Assembly (NCBI GenBank): GCA_030295235.1
Contig: AP026162.1
Location: 186,001-250,000, forward strand
Direction: 5' to 3'
DNA from: Fistulifera solaris
Lineage: Eukaryota
Length of the DNA stretch: 64,000 nucleotides
Below are positions 23,245 through 34,400 of the stretch, piece by piece. The notes beneath the pieces were generated by a model. It searched no databases. It had not been told where the DNA came from and saw nothing but the letters and a program-made list of their open reading frames with translations. The stretch's first letter is position 1; every line of letters begins with the position of its first letter. Both the position numbers and the translations under genes were made by a program.

Positions 23245-23935
23245 CAATCAAATGAATGGTTTGAAGAGCTTTATTTAATCTTGCTGCGATCGGCATTTCA
23301 TGGTTTTCTACGTGCTTTTACGTGACGGCAAAGAGTATAGACCTAAAGAGTACTTAGAAACTCATTTGACCCGAATGGTAGACATTCAAAACTCATAGAA
23401 TTTTCATCTTATTATGGCGCTCGTTTCAACAAATGTCGATTGTTGTTTATGAAGTCAGGGAGCGCTTGTTGATGAGCACAGTCATTGTGAATTTGCATTT
23501 TTTTTAAACCTATTAAAAAAATCCGAGTACCGAGTACCCCCTACATCTACATCAATAAACTGTCTACGGGGCCCACGTGAAGATTTGTAGACTTTCGATG
23601 CGTTGTAACATCCTTTTGCTTGGAAATTTAGCCCAAAAATTCATTGAAGGCTGTTAGTTATTAAGCATGTATTATTTCCTACATCTATCGGTCTTTATGG
23701 TTGAGCCAAAGCCGTTTCCTGGTACCAGGTAATTCTTGTGATGCTCGCTGGTACAGTCGCGAGTAGGACGTCATTCGTCAGCTTGGATTTCTTTCGTGGA
23801 AAAATGCGATCATGCAGCTTTTTTCTTTTGCGAAGCACGTCATGTCATGCTCATGAAAACGATTTCAATCGGAGATAATCCTATTATCACTCGAGTTGGT
23901 CAATGTGAGAAGCATTTAGAAAGTTTGAGCGCACA

Positions 23936-24650
23936 ATGGCGTAAGTTTATTGAATGATCGCAACTCTTAATTCAAAAAGACTGACAACATGAACCATCAC
24001 TGATCACTCCTCACTGATACTTGTATTCATCATCCACGTGCAGAGAAACGTCTAAAGATCAAACAGCAATAGAATCGTGGAAAAAGCAAGAAGAAGATAT
24101 TATGCAGGGTGAACGAAGGGCGCAGTATGAGGCCGAAATCAACCCGACACGGCGACCCTTTCACAAGTTGATGTCGATTTTGTCCGGTGTGGCAGCATTG
24201 TCGGCGCTCAACATGTGCATAGGACAACTCGTCGGTTATCGATTTCAGCAGGAAGGACCAGTGCAATACGTTATGCGATTTTACGTGATTATTCTTTGCG
24301 TTCTCGCTATTTTGGTCGAGTTCGAATGGACAAAATTTGCACGGGAATCGTTCATTCTGAGAGTGTGGATTACGCGTGGGCTATTTTACATATTTATTGG
24401 AGTATTGGGATTCGAGCAAAACGATACGTCGCACGCGAAAAACTCAGACTCGGTAAACTTTCAACTTTCGATGCATTATGTCACAGCAACAGCATGGATC
24501 ATGGTCGCCGTGGGGGTGCTGTATTCGCTTTTGGGAATGTGTTGTTTACAAGTGTATTTCAATCGGTTACAAACCGAGTATGAGCAACGTCTTGAGCGAG
24601 CTGTGCACATTCGAGAAGCTGGGGAACGGTACTTTGATAACCAAGTCTAA
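23936..24650 (+). CDS. COPI-associated / TVP15-like Golgi membrane protein; intron 23941..24043
   Basis: Four hydrophobic segments with the Y....C..AILVEFEW and W..RGLFYIFIG patterns. Micro-exon ATGGC|gtaag...cag|A joins in frame. Confidence 0.7.
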
Positions 24651-24735
24651 TAATCCATTTACAGAATTTGTATGTTAACTAATTTGCAACGAGGCTAAGA
24701 CTGAGCGTCCTAAATCTCACTTGTAGACTTGTCAA

Positions 24736-25410
24736 TTAGAAATATTCGTCAGCTTCCATGAAACCAGTTTTGGTTGGTTTCATGCTTGGTAACCACGGAA
24801 TTTGTACCAACATGACTTGACCGAGAATCTCTGTGCCTTCCGGCATTTCTTTCTTCGAACCAAATGCTGTAATTTTCACTTCATCGCTTCCGGGAGTCGA
24901 TATGACCAAAAATCGTCTTTCCGCGAATTCTTTCAAGCCTCTGTCTACTAAAACAACCAAATCGACCGCGCCTTTAATTGCAGCCGGAAGCTCTACCCCC
25001 AAGGAAGGATGCTCCCCGATGATCACGACAGGATCTACACAATTTGCGACTAATTGGCTCCCATCAATAGCTACAGTGCCTAGTTGGGGCCCCTCAGGGT
25101 CACTAAAGTCGTACGTCCACTGACCCTTTTCGGCGGCCGGCTCGGACGACACGGCAAAGAAATCCTCTCGTGTCAAGCCGGGGTACGCGCCGGCTATTTG
25201 AATGATTCGAGGTGCCAAATAGTCCATTTCCATTTGCTTAAGTGGAAGAAAACAAGCACCTTGGCCGTGTAAATTGCCGGTTGTTGTTGAGCTCTGTAGA
25301 GATGTCGATGTGAACGGAGAAGTGCCCGTGATGTGCTTCGATTGCTGCTGGCGGGGAATCCACGCATGCGCGCTAAAGCAGCATAGAGTCAAAATTATAG
25401 TTGCTTTCAT
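24736..25410 (-). CDS. Hypothetical protein, likely plastid-targeted
   Basis: Signal peptide ending SAHA-WIP followed by a Ser/Thr-rich transit-like region. Globular-looking remainder of unknown family. Confidence 0.7.
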   Translation of the reverse strand: MKATIILTLCCFSAHAWIPRQQQSKHITGTSPFTSTSLQSSTTTGNLHGQGACFLPLKQMEMDYLAPRIIQIAGAYPGLTREDFFAVSSEPAAEKGQWTYDFSDPEGPQLGTVAIDGSQLVANCVDPVVIIGEHPSLGVELPAAIKGAVDLVVLVDRGLKEFAERRFLVISTPGSDEVKITAFGSKKEMPEGTEILGQVMLVQIPWLPSMKPTKTGFMEADEYF

Positions 25411-25647
25411 TATTGACAAACAAAAGAATTTTATGTAGAGAAATAAAGGACTTGCTTCGTGAAGTCAAACGTTATTGGTTGGTGTTGGCGGACGAGGTTA
25501 TTCTCGTCGTGGGTCGTGGTCGCGGTGATGTTTTTGAATGCGTGAGGAGTTGAGACGTGGTTCGAGTCACGTATAATACATCATGCATACATGGAATTCG
25601 GAATCTTTTCATGCATTTTCTGAATCTAGTCGTGAAACTGACGATAG

Positions 25648-25943
25648 TGACGTCTCCTCAGCAGCAAACCATTTCTGGTGACGTGTGAGTTTCTTTCACC
25701 GTTCACAGTCAGCGCAACAGTAAAAAGTGTTCGCATTTTGTCCCTTGGCCACTATGGAATGAACTGTGATCGGGCCAAGAGCCACCGAATTCTGACGTCA
25801 AAGGCGTGAAAATATTGCGTCACTTTTACCTTTTCTCGTAGAAGATGTACGAGGTTGAACGCAGCCAAATGGTCAGAGAAGCTTGGTCCAAGCGAGAGGA
25901 CGTGGCTACGTCACCTTGAGATCAGCAGGCCTCTTCAACGTCA
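25648..25943. promoter_or_regulatory. Cluster of five TGACGT (CRE/Aureo-box-like) sites upstream of the bZIP gene
   Basis: TGACGT at 25648 and 25679, TGACGTCA at 25793, ACGTCA at 25908 and 25938. Confidence 0.55.
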
Positions 25944-26036
25944 GCGAGAATTTCACTTTCTCCTCCGTGCTTTCTGTCGGCTCACAAATCACATCTCACT
26001 GACTTCTTTTTCAACAAAATAAGAACTTTTAGAAAG

Positions 26037-26996
26037 ATGAGTACGCAAGTTGATCCATCCATAGCCGCGGATGCCGCAGCGGGAGCCTTGACGGCTCTTT
26101 CCGCCAAGCGCAGCTTAGACTCCGATGACGGCCCTCTCTCCAAGATGATGAAACTCGGTGCTCCTCAATCACCTGATGTCCCTCTCACTAGCGCTCTGTC
26201 TACGACGACTTCTCCGCCCGCCACGGAGGATAGCGCTGCTGCGTCCAAGAGCGACAAGTCGCGCAAGATCCGACTTGAACAGAACCGCAAGGCGGCTAAA
26301 GAATCGAGACGTCGAAAGAAGGTCATGATTGAGGAGCTTCAACGCAGTGTCATCTTCTTCTCTCGCGCAAATGGCACACTCAAGCAGCAGAACGAGGAGC
26401 TCATGCGACTCATCCTTAGAGCGAAGAGCGAAGTCGCTGCACAAGAAAGTGGCACGAAGGTTGAAGTCAGCAGTCCGCCAAAGGCTACTGCAGAAAGCTC
26501 AGGTCCTGTAATCAAGAGTGAAGAGTTGATGAAGGCGTTCGGTCAAGCTGAAGCAGACGCTGTTGCCGCTCAGGCTATTTTCAAGAGTCAAGGTTTCCCG
26601 ACAGCAGCGGCCCGTGCTGCCGCTCACGCTGTTGTGCCTTCAGCAGCATCTCCCGCTGCTTCGGGGCAAACGACTCAGCCGCCAACTATGCAACCTGGTG
26701 CGACGATGCAAGCCATGGCAAACTTTCAACAAGCGGCTACCATAGCGATGCAGAACGCAATGAAGGCGCTAGCCAAAACGATGCCGGGTGTGCCTGTGAG
26801 TCAATTCGCAGCGCCACAGCCGACGGACGGAACCAGCGCACAACAAGCTTTTACCGACACCATGACTGCCCTCGCCATGCAACAAGCAGCAGCGGCGGCT
26901 GGACAACAGTTTATGATGCAACAGTCGGGCATGCCTTTTCTTTTTCCCATGTTTGGTTGGACTCAGCCGACCAACACGGAACAGAAGGAAAAGTGA
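26037..26996 (+). CDS. bZIP transcription factor
   Basis: Basic region RLEQNRKAAKESRRRKK followed by heptad repeats and an Ala/Gln/Met-rich C-terminus. No LOV domain. Confidence 0.92.
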   Translation: MSTQVDPSIAADAAAGALTALSAKRSLDSDDGPLSKMMKLGAPQSPDVPLTSALSTTTSPPATEDSAAASKSDKSRKIRLEQNRKAAKESRRRKKVMIEELQRSVIFFSRANGTLKQQNEELMRLILRAKSEVAAQESGTKVEVSSPPKATAESSGPVIKSEELMKAFGQAEADAVAAQAIFKSQGFPTAAARAAAHAVVPSAASPAASGQTTQPPTMQPGATMQAMANFQQAATIAMQNAMKALAKTMPGVPVSQFAAPQPTDGTSAQQAFTDTMTALAMQQAAAAAGQQFMMQQSGMPFLFPMFGWTQPTNTEQKEK

Positions 26997-27734
26997 GATT
27001 CATAGTGTATAGACACCTTCAACTAATTGTAGAATACGGTTTATGTCCCAATTGTTTTTCTTTATGCATTATTCTTATTTGTTCAAAATCAAAAGCATTC
27101 AATAAGGCGCCGTTTAGTTTGTGCCGATGTGGTGAGTTGTAGGCTATTTAGTAGCGTCAGCAACCATCATAGGTAAATCTCATAACTGATAGAATAACAG
27201 ACAGGCAACCTTATGTGTGCAAAATTTGAATCGACAATGAATAAGCGTTGCCATTGCACCCGGTTTCACTTAAGTCGTTTGTTGTTCTTCGTCCTAGTTT
27301 TTCTTCTTGCACCAAAGGCGTTCACCTTAGCCCTTAGCCCGTAGCTTCAACCTTAACGTTTCTTATGTACGTAGTACTACGTAAGACTTATGAAGTTTCC
27401 GTTGAACATTAAACTTTCGTCTATGTGTACTCAATGTATAAGGAATGTGATAACCGTGAAGAACGATAGCCTTATAGTAACATCTACCACATATTTAAGC
27501 CTCGTTCCTCACTATACGTCTTTCTGTACTGTACTGTATCACAATGAAGTGGAAATTCTCCCCCTGCGCTGTGCCGATGTCCCCAAGCCAAGCCCATAAT
27601 AAAAATTGCATGCCTTTTCTTGGCCTTCTTGGCCTTTTGCCCGCCTTCATTGATTCAGATCTTTGAATGAAAAGGTGCAAATTTCTATCGGATCATTCAT
27701 CCTCAACAAGTCATTGATTTGAAATACTTTAAAG

Positions 27735-29065
27735 ATGGTTCGAATGATCGCTAGGCTCGCGCTGCTGGCTTTAGCAGTGTTTGTCAAAACACAGGCTTTT
27801 GACAGTGACACGCTCAAAGATATCACACGCGAAGTGTTGGAAAACGCGGTCGTGACACTCCAATATACGGGGGACGCCACTTTTACTCCGTCGGCTATTC
27901 GAGAGATTGCCCGTGCGAACGGGAGATTGGATCGAACGCGTGAAGGGCTCAGCCATAAGAACGCCTTTTGGAGCTTTTACAACGAAGAGTTTCAGCGGGC
28001 GAGTCGCAGACTGATGGATCTGAAAGAATTCGTGGTGGCAACGCTGACGGTTGATAGCACTCCGGATGTGGGAGGCGCTCGTGAGAAGTTTGGTGAAGCT
28101 CTTCATACTCTACAAGACTTTTATGCCCACACGAACTGGATCGAACTGGGTAATGTGGCGATCAACACCGATCTTGGTAACGCGGAGATTTCGGACCCTC
28201 CTTCCAGCTTGGTCACTTGCGATGCCAGTGGCGCCTACATCGATACCATAACTGACCTTACATCGGGGTATGAAATTTGCCGAGGTATTCGCAGTAATGT
28301 CCCAACTGGAAAGTGCTGTAGAAAGGTCATCGATAAAGAAGGGCAAACGGCCACAGATCTCGCGATCGCGGCAACTGCGGACTATTTAAATCAAGTGATA
28401 ACGGAACTCAAAAACAGAGATCCAACTGAATTAGCGATTCGTTCCTTTTTGGGAAGAGATGAGTCGGTGGCTTTCTTGATCGATACGACTGAAAGCATGA
28501 GAGAAGAGCTGATTACGATCAAGGAGGTTATTGACGAGTTCATTGCTCGTTTCGACGGCAACCAACGAGGACGGTATATTTTGCTGGAATTCGCAGACTC
28601 TCCCAATGACGATATTGACGAAACGATTGTGCAGGAATTAATTACACCGAATCCGGCTGAGATTGTCAATGCTGTCCAAGCACTTACTGCCGACTCAAGT
28701 GGAGCCGATGATTGCAGAGAGGCTGGATTTGCCGTGCTCGAAAAAGCGCTAGATTTGTCTCCGCGTAACTCCAACATTTATTTTTGGTCGGATGCGTCGC
28801 AAAAGGAAACGAGTTTGGCCCGTTCAACGTTCGAATCTTCCGTTATTTGAGACTCAGAGTACGAGCCATCAGGAGCAGAGTTCGCATCAATTTTGTGATG
28901 ACTGGACGCTGTTTGCCTTTCGGATCAACTTACAGGACATTCAAAAGCCTTGCGCGTGTCACTGGAGGAAGCGTTTACCATTTTGAAAATCCAGCAGATA
29001 TGGTTACCTTGTTGCTTGGCACCGACGAAATCATCGCATTCAACACCGAACCGGATGTCGAATAA
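27735..29065 (+). CDS. Secreted VWA7/Het-C-like protein with vWA domain; apparent frameshift ~28800-28850
   Basis: Signal peptide, then GEALHTLQDFYAHTNWIELG, FLIDTTESM, GADDCRE and FWSDAS. Continues as INFVMTGRC...LARVTGGSVY in another frame. Confidence 0.75.
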
Positions 29066-29278
29066 ACTTGTCTCGATTGCTTCGCAATATTATAATCGTT
29101 AAATCCTCTTGCTTATCTACAAACAGTTATAGATTTATTATCTAATGCGATAAAGGGTGTTTTTTAATACATCAATTGAAAGTTGGAAAGTACTTTTTAA
29201 AAAAGAAGTAGATTTACTGCGAATGTCGCGATCAATCAAACAGGGATTAATTGCTGTTTATGATACAAAACAAACGTG

Positions 29279-30112
29279 CTATTGCACGGGTTCTAGTTCT
29301 CGTAATGCCGCTGGCAGGCACTCGGGCACTTGCAAAGGCTTCCCTATCTTGCCTCGCCGCGCCGATACATGCAAGTCGAGGAATTCAGAGAGTTTGTGCA
29401 CAAAAAGGCCCGTCGATCGTAAGAGAGCTTCGATGTTATTGTGTCCGGCTCCTTCTACCCAAAAAGGGCGCGCACGCCATTGTTGAGGAACGGCTAAAAA
29501 CAGCTCTTCTCCGTGCCAAAAGGGAACAACTTCATCTTGCGTGCCATGGATTATGAATACGGGAGTCGCTATGTCAGGTGCATAGTCGACATTCGGAAAG
29601 CGATCGCCCATCATGGTGAAACGAAAGTCGAACGCGACGCGATACGCCGACAACAGCGGGGATTGCAGTATAATTCCTCCCACCGAGCGTCCTTGTTGAG
29701 CCGTTTTCCTCGCCAAATAACAGGAAGGTCCCGAACCCAGCGATCTACCATATAATACAATTTGTTCTGGTTGAATATGTCGCACATCGATAAGATATCG
29801 GTAAGCGGCTTCAATGTCTTTGTAGCAGCTCTGTTCACTCGGTACACCGCTCGCCTTTCCGTAGCCCGTATAATCGTAGGCCATAATATTGACTCGTAAC
29901 ACCCTCGCGAGATCACTAAACCAGTCATAAATCATCCCCAGATCTTCGGCATTGCCGTGAGAAAACAAAATCGTCACAGACGCATTCGGCCGTTCAATGA
30001 AGAAAGCAGGAATGGAACTGCCGTCTTCATTGGTGAGCCAAAAATGACGTGAAGGATGTAAATATGTGGGTGCAGGAGGCTGAAAGAGCAACGAACTGAT
30101 TGCATCTCCCAT
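29279..30112 (-). CDS. ABHD17-like alpha/beta hydrolase (protein depalmitoylase family)
   Basis: Motifs FQPP.PTY, LFSHGNAEDLG, YDYTGYG, YGRSLGSG, IHGTQDEVV and GAGHNNIE. Confidence 0.92.
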   Translation of the reverse strand: MGDAISSLLFQPPAPTYLHPSRHFWLTNEDGSSIPAFFIERPNASVTILFSHGNAEDLGMIYDWFSDLARVLRVNIMAYDYTGYGKASGVPSEQSCYKDIEAAYRYLIDVRHIQPEQIVLYGRSLGSGPSCYLARKTAQQGRSVGGIILQSPLLSAYRVAFDFRFTMMGDRFPNVDYAPDIATPVFIIHGTQDEVVPFWHGEELFLAVPQQWRARPFWVEGAGHNNIEALLRSTGLFVHKLSEFLDLHVSARRGKIGKPLQVPECLPAALRELEPVQ

Positions 30113-30535
30113 GGTATGACAATAGAAGGGTTAACAATGAGATAAAGCGCTGGGTTGATGGCAGTTTATTCGATTGCAACAGCACGTGTTTGTGACTTCG
30201 AACTTCGAACGGCATGGGCCGAGATGCAAGAAAGGAAGAAACGCGCTCCGTGCTTTACTATAGCTTTTACTGTTATGACGAGGTATTGCGCATAGACCAT
30301 TGGGTACCGAAATGGCAGTATTTGAGACCCACAACGGAAACTAACAACCTAAGCTTTATGACGTGCAAAGCATGAATCAAACAAACACCCAGTCGGGAAT
30401 CTTTTCCGCCCGCTTCGGACGACATCGTTTGCGTGTTGTTGGGCCCACAACTCGTTCGATCCGCTGTTATTCTTGTCATTTCTTTGACCTTTCCCTCTCT
30501 TCTTTTGCCTCTTAGAATCACAAAATCTTTTCAAC

Positions 30536-31240
30536 ATGTCGGTAATGACTTACAATGGTGCCGCCATCATCGCAATGGCGGGAAAAGATTGTGTCGGAAT
30601 CGCCGCAGACCGACGTCTCGGTGTGCAGTTGACTACTATTGCGACCGATTTTCCCAAAATCTTTCAAATGCAACCCAAATTGTTCGTTGGTTTGGCTGGA
30701 TTAGGAACGGATGTGCAAACACTCAAAAATTTACTCGAATTCCGGATGAATTTGTACAAATTGAAAGAAGAACGAGAAATGAGTCCGAAAGTATTGAGCC
30801 ACATGCTTGGAAAAATTCTCTACTCGAAGCGTTTTGGACCTTATTTTGTCGAACCCATTGTTGCGGGTTTAGATGAAAACAACAAACCGTTTCTTTCGAC
30901 TATGGATTTGATTGGAGCGACTTCCGAAGAAAAGGACTTTGTTGTTTCTGGAACATGCACGGGAAATATGTATGTCTTGCAATAGAACTCATTGCTGTTA
31001 ATTGTTGCGTGCATTGCAAGATTCTCACCCGATCTATTTATTACTTCTTCTCATTACAGGTTTGGAATGTGCGAGTCGCTTTATAAACCAGATATGGAAG
31101 CTGAAGAACTATTTGAAACCTTGGCGCAGGCATTGCTGAGCTCTGTTGATCGCGATGCGGTCTCTGGTTGGGGAGGAATTGTCCACATTATCACCAAGGA
31201 AGGTGTCTTGACAAAAGAATTGAAAGGACGTCAAGATTAA
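30536..31240 (+). CDS. PSMB3: 20S proteasome subunit beta type-3; intron 30970..31059
   Basis: MSVMTYNGAAIIAMAGKDCV, RFGPYFVEP, GMCESLY, VDRDAVSGWG and C-terminal RQD. Confidence 0.96.
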
Positions 31241-31491
31241 ATTTATTATAATGCAGCGTTTGTTTTTAGCATGGATTGTAGTGGCCTTACTTGAGTACAT
31301 GTCGCTCATACGCGGTTCGCAAAAGGAACGGCCGATCGCTTATGTGGGTAAAGATGACAGCCTATAAAGACTATACTATGATTCACAAATAAATATGATA
31401 GAGATGGCTTGTGTTACAATATATGAAACTACCAGGTACTTCAAAGGTTTGCGCCGATAAGGGACGGTGAACTTAGGATCTATAGAAACCA

Positions 31492-34400
31492 TTACGAAGG
31501 GGGTAGCGCTTTCGCCTTCAGATCTTTCAGAGAAAGCTTGATTCTCAATTGCTTCTTTTTACTGGTTGGCGGTTTCTGATCGTCGGTAAAGCCGTTCTTC
31601 TTCAAAACGCGATCAAGCTCCTTTTCCAGAGCGATTGCGTCCTCTACAACCCAAGACCCTTCCCCGTTGAACTTGACAGCGTTATCGAACATCAGCTTCC
31701 AGTCCGCGCGAAACTCGGTCACGTTGGAGTACATTTTCGCTCTGCATTTGCGCAGAATATCATTGATAGCCACGGGCTTCTCAATTAGCTCGTAGTAGTC
31801 TGGGAATGTTGCAGGGTCTGGTTTATCTAAAAAATCTCTGAAATGCGTCGCTTTTTGCTTGCATCTTTCAAAGCCACAACAGCTTTAGCGCAACTGATGA
31901 GCTTGCGATAGGTCCAATCTGTAAGTATTGTTGAACCATCTTCGGACTCTTCAGGTTCATCTTCTTCCATAATATCAGTTGACGCTCCACGCGCGAGCTT
32001 TCGTGCAACTTTCGCTTTTTTCTTTGTCCGTTCCTCTTCGACTGCATTCTGTTCCATGATACGGAGAAATTGCTTCTCGGTCAGACCATCGTCATAGGCC
32101 ACCGCCTTGCGCTTTCTAGAGATGTCCATATCACCCAAAGCGAATGGGTCGAATGACTTCGATCCAGCGTTGGCGTTGGGGTATCGAATCCAATCGGGCA
32201 CGGCTTCGTCATCGACGAAAAGATCCACGTCTCCGCCCGCAAGTTCACGCTCTCGGTCTATTGCTTCGTAAAGCTGATAGTCGCTCTCGTTGTTGCTAAG
32301 CAATTCGTTCAAATTCTCTTTCTCACTTACTTCACTGCTGTCGTCTTCGTCGTCCCCGTCGTCGGACCCAGACTTCTCCGACGGTAAGTTCTTATTCTGA
32401 TTATTAGAAGTGTCAAAGTCAGTCAGCAAAACTTCCATCAGCCGTTTTCGCTCCATGCTGTTGTCGGTATCCACACTCTGCAAGTAAAAACATGAAATTT
32501 AGGGTAAAAATTCAGTCTGGCATAAACAAAGCAAACACGCAGAAAACTAACCTTTTGATCGAACTTTCCCGACTCGACGACAAGTTCTGAAACGTTAAGC
32601 TTTTCAGTTGCTCGACTCAAAATCTTCTCCTCAACGGGGGAGTTAGTCACTAAGCGAAACACGCTCACGTCATTTCGCTGTCCTATTCGATGTGCACGAT
32701 CCTGTGTGGAAGACGTGTGGTTAGCTGGAACATCCGATGAATTTAAAGTGCGCAAGCCAGAACATTTGACTTACTTGAGCTTGGAGGTCCATTTGTGGGT
32801 TCCAATCGCTGTCAAAAATTATCACAGTGTCAGCTGACGTTAGATTGAGACCCAAACCACCTGCTCTGGTTGACAGAAGAAAAATAAAGTATGGAGAGTC
32901 TGGGGCATTAAATTTATACATGCGTTTCTCGCGTTCTTCCGCGGGAGTAGACCCGTCTAGACGAAGAGATAAATATCCTCTGTAAGCGAAATAGTCTTCC
33001 AAAATCGTCATGACTGCGGTCATCTGAGTGAACATAAGAACGCGATGCCCGGCCACCTTCAGCTTTGGAAGCATCTTGTCAAGCAGGGCAACTTTGCCAG
33101 AAGATTGGATCAAATTATCGCTAATTTGGTAGCCGTCCGGTGAGAAGAGCAAAGGGTGATTGCATACCTTGAACGAAAATGATAGTATAATTGTTAGTGA
33201 AAAAGAACGACCAGAATCTCTATCGGCCATCATGCGGAGCTGACGTACCTTTCGAAGCTGCATGACAACGTTGTTGAGACCTCTTGCGGTTGCCGATATT
33301 CCCGTTTCAGCAAAAGCTTTCTCACTAATTTGCCGATAAAGTACTTTTTGCCACGATGAGAGCTCACATCGAAGAACCTTTTCAACCTTCTCTGGTAGCT
33401 GGTCCAGCACCTCGCTCTTCACACGTCGGAGCATAAACGGTCTGAGTAGTTCGTGTAAACGATGAATAATCAACACTCTTTCTTCATTGCTTAAAAGGGA
33501 ATCGGTGCCTTCTTCGTTTTCTTTATTCGAACCGAACTGAGAGAAAGGTCGACTAAACCACTGATCAAAAGTTTCAACAGAGTTAAAAATCGACGGCAAG
33601 AGAAAATTAAGTAAAGACCACAATTCGGACAAGTCATTCATGAGGGGCGTTCCTGTGAGCAAAATGCGATGATGTGTCGTGTACTGTGATCCTAGTGTGA
33701 CAGCAAACTTGGAATTAGCGTTTTTCATTCGATGACCTTCGTCGACAACTGCATATTGCCATTCAGTCCTGCGCAGCTGCTTCTTGTCTCGAGTTATATA
33801 CTCGTATGTTGTTAGTAGCACGTTGAACTGGCCGGCACGCACTTGATCCCTAAAAATGTCGCGTCGCTGGAGCGGTGTACCTTTGTAGGAAACCACACGA
33901 GCAGCTGGGCACCACCTAGTGAACTCGTTTTCCCAGTTAGACATCGTTGACAATGGCACGATGACAAGAAACGGCCCCATGTTGTGTTTGTATTCCATCA
34001 GATATGCCAGCAAAGCAATGGCTTGGACAGTTTTGCCCTTCAAACAAAAACAATTCAGTGTTGACACAAGCAAACAGTCCCATCCCAACTGCGCGCACTT
34101 ACCAATCCCATTTCATCCGCCAAAATACCATTGAGTTTATTGTTATAGAGAGACACCATCCATTGGAGACCCGCCAGTTGATACTCTTTCAAATCTCCTC
34201 CGGCCAATATGCTAGGCTGTCGAACTTCTTCCGTTTTGCTATGTGCGGTCGCATAATAGGATTTCTGTTTGCTGGATGAGTGGCTGCTTTGATGATCGGA
34301 ACGTTGCTGAAGCAAGGACGAAATTTGGGTAAAATGTTTTTCAGTACTTTCGAGTAAGAACTGCAGTCGCTCGTTTTTGGTCTCTTCCAGTAGTTTCGAG

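Larger units (their letters stand above)
21347..23378 (+). mobile_element. Tc1/mariner DNA transposon, DD39D type, probably internally deleted
   Basis: 30-bp TIRs CCATTCGGGTCAAATGAGTTTCT(G/A)AGTACT at 21347-21376 and 23349-23378 (1 mismatch), flanked by TA on both sides. The internal ORF has DNAGGH..SPETNMLD with 39 residues between the two Asp. Confidence 0.92.

Noticed and set aside
27325..27345. Interstitial telomere repeat (CTTAGCCCTTAGCCC)
   Set aside because: Only two imperfect units, not matching a TTAGGG-type array.
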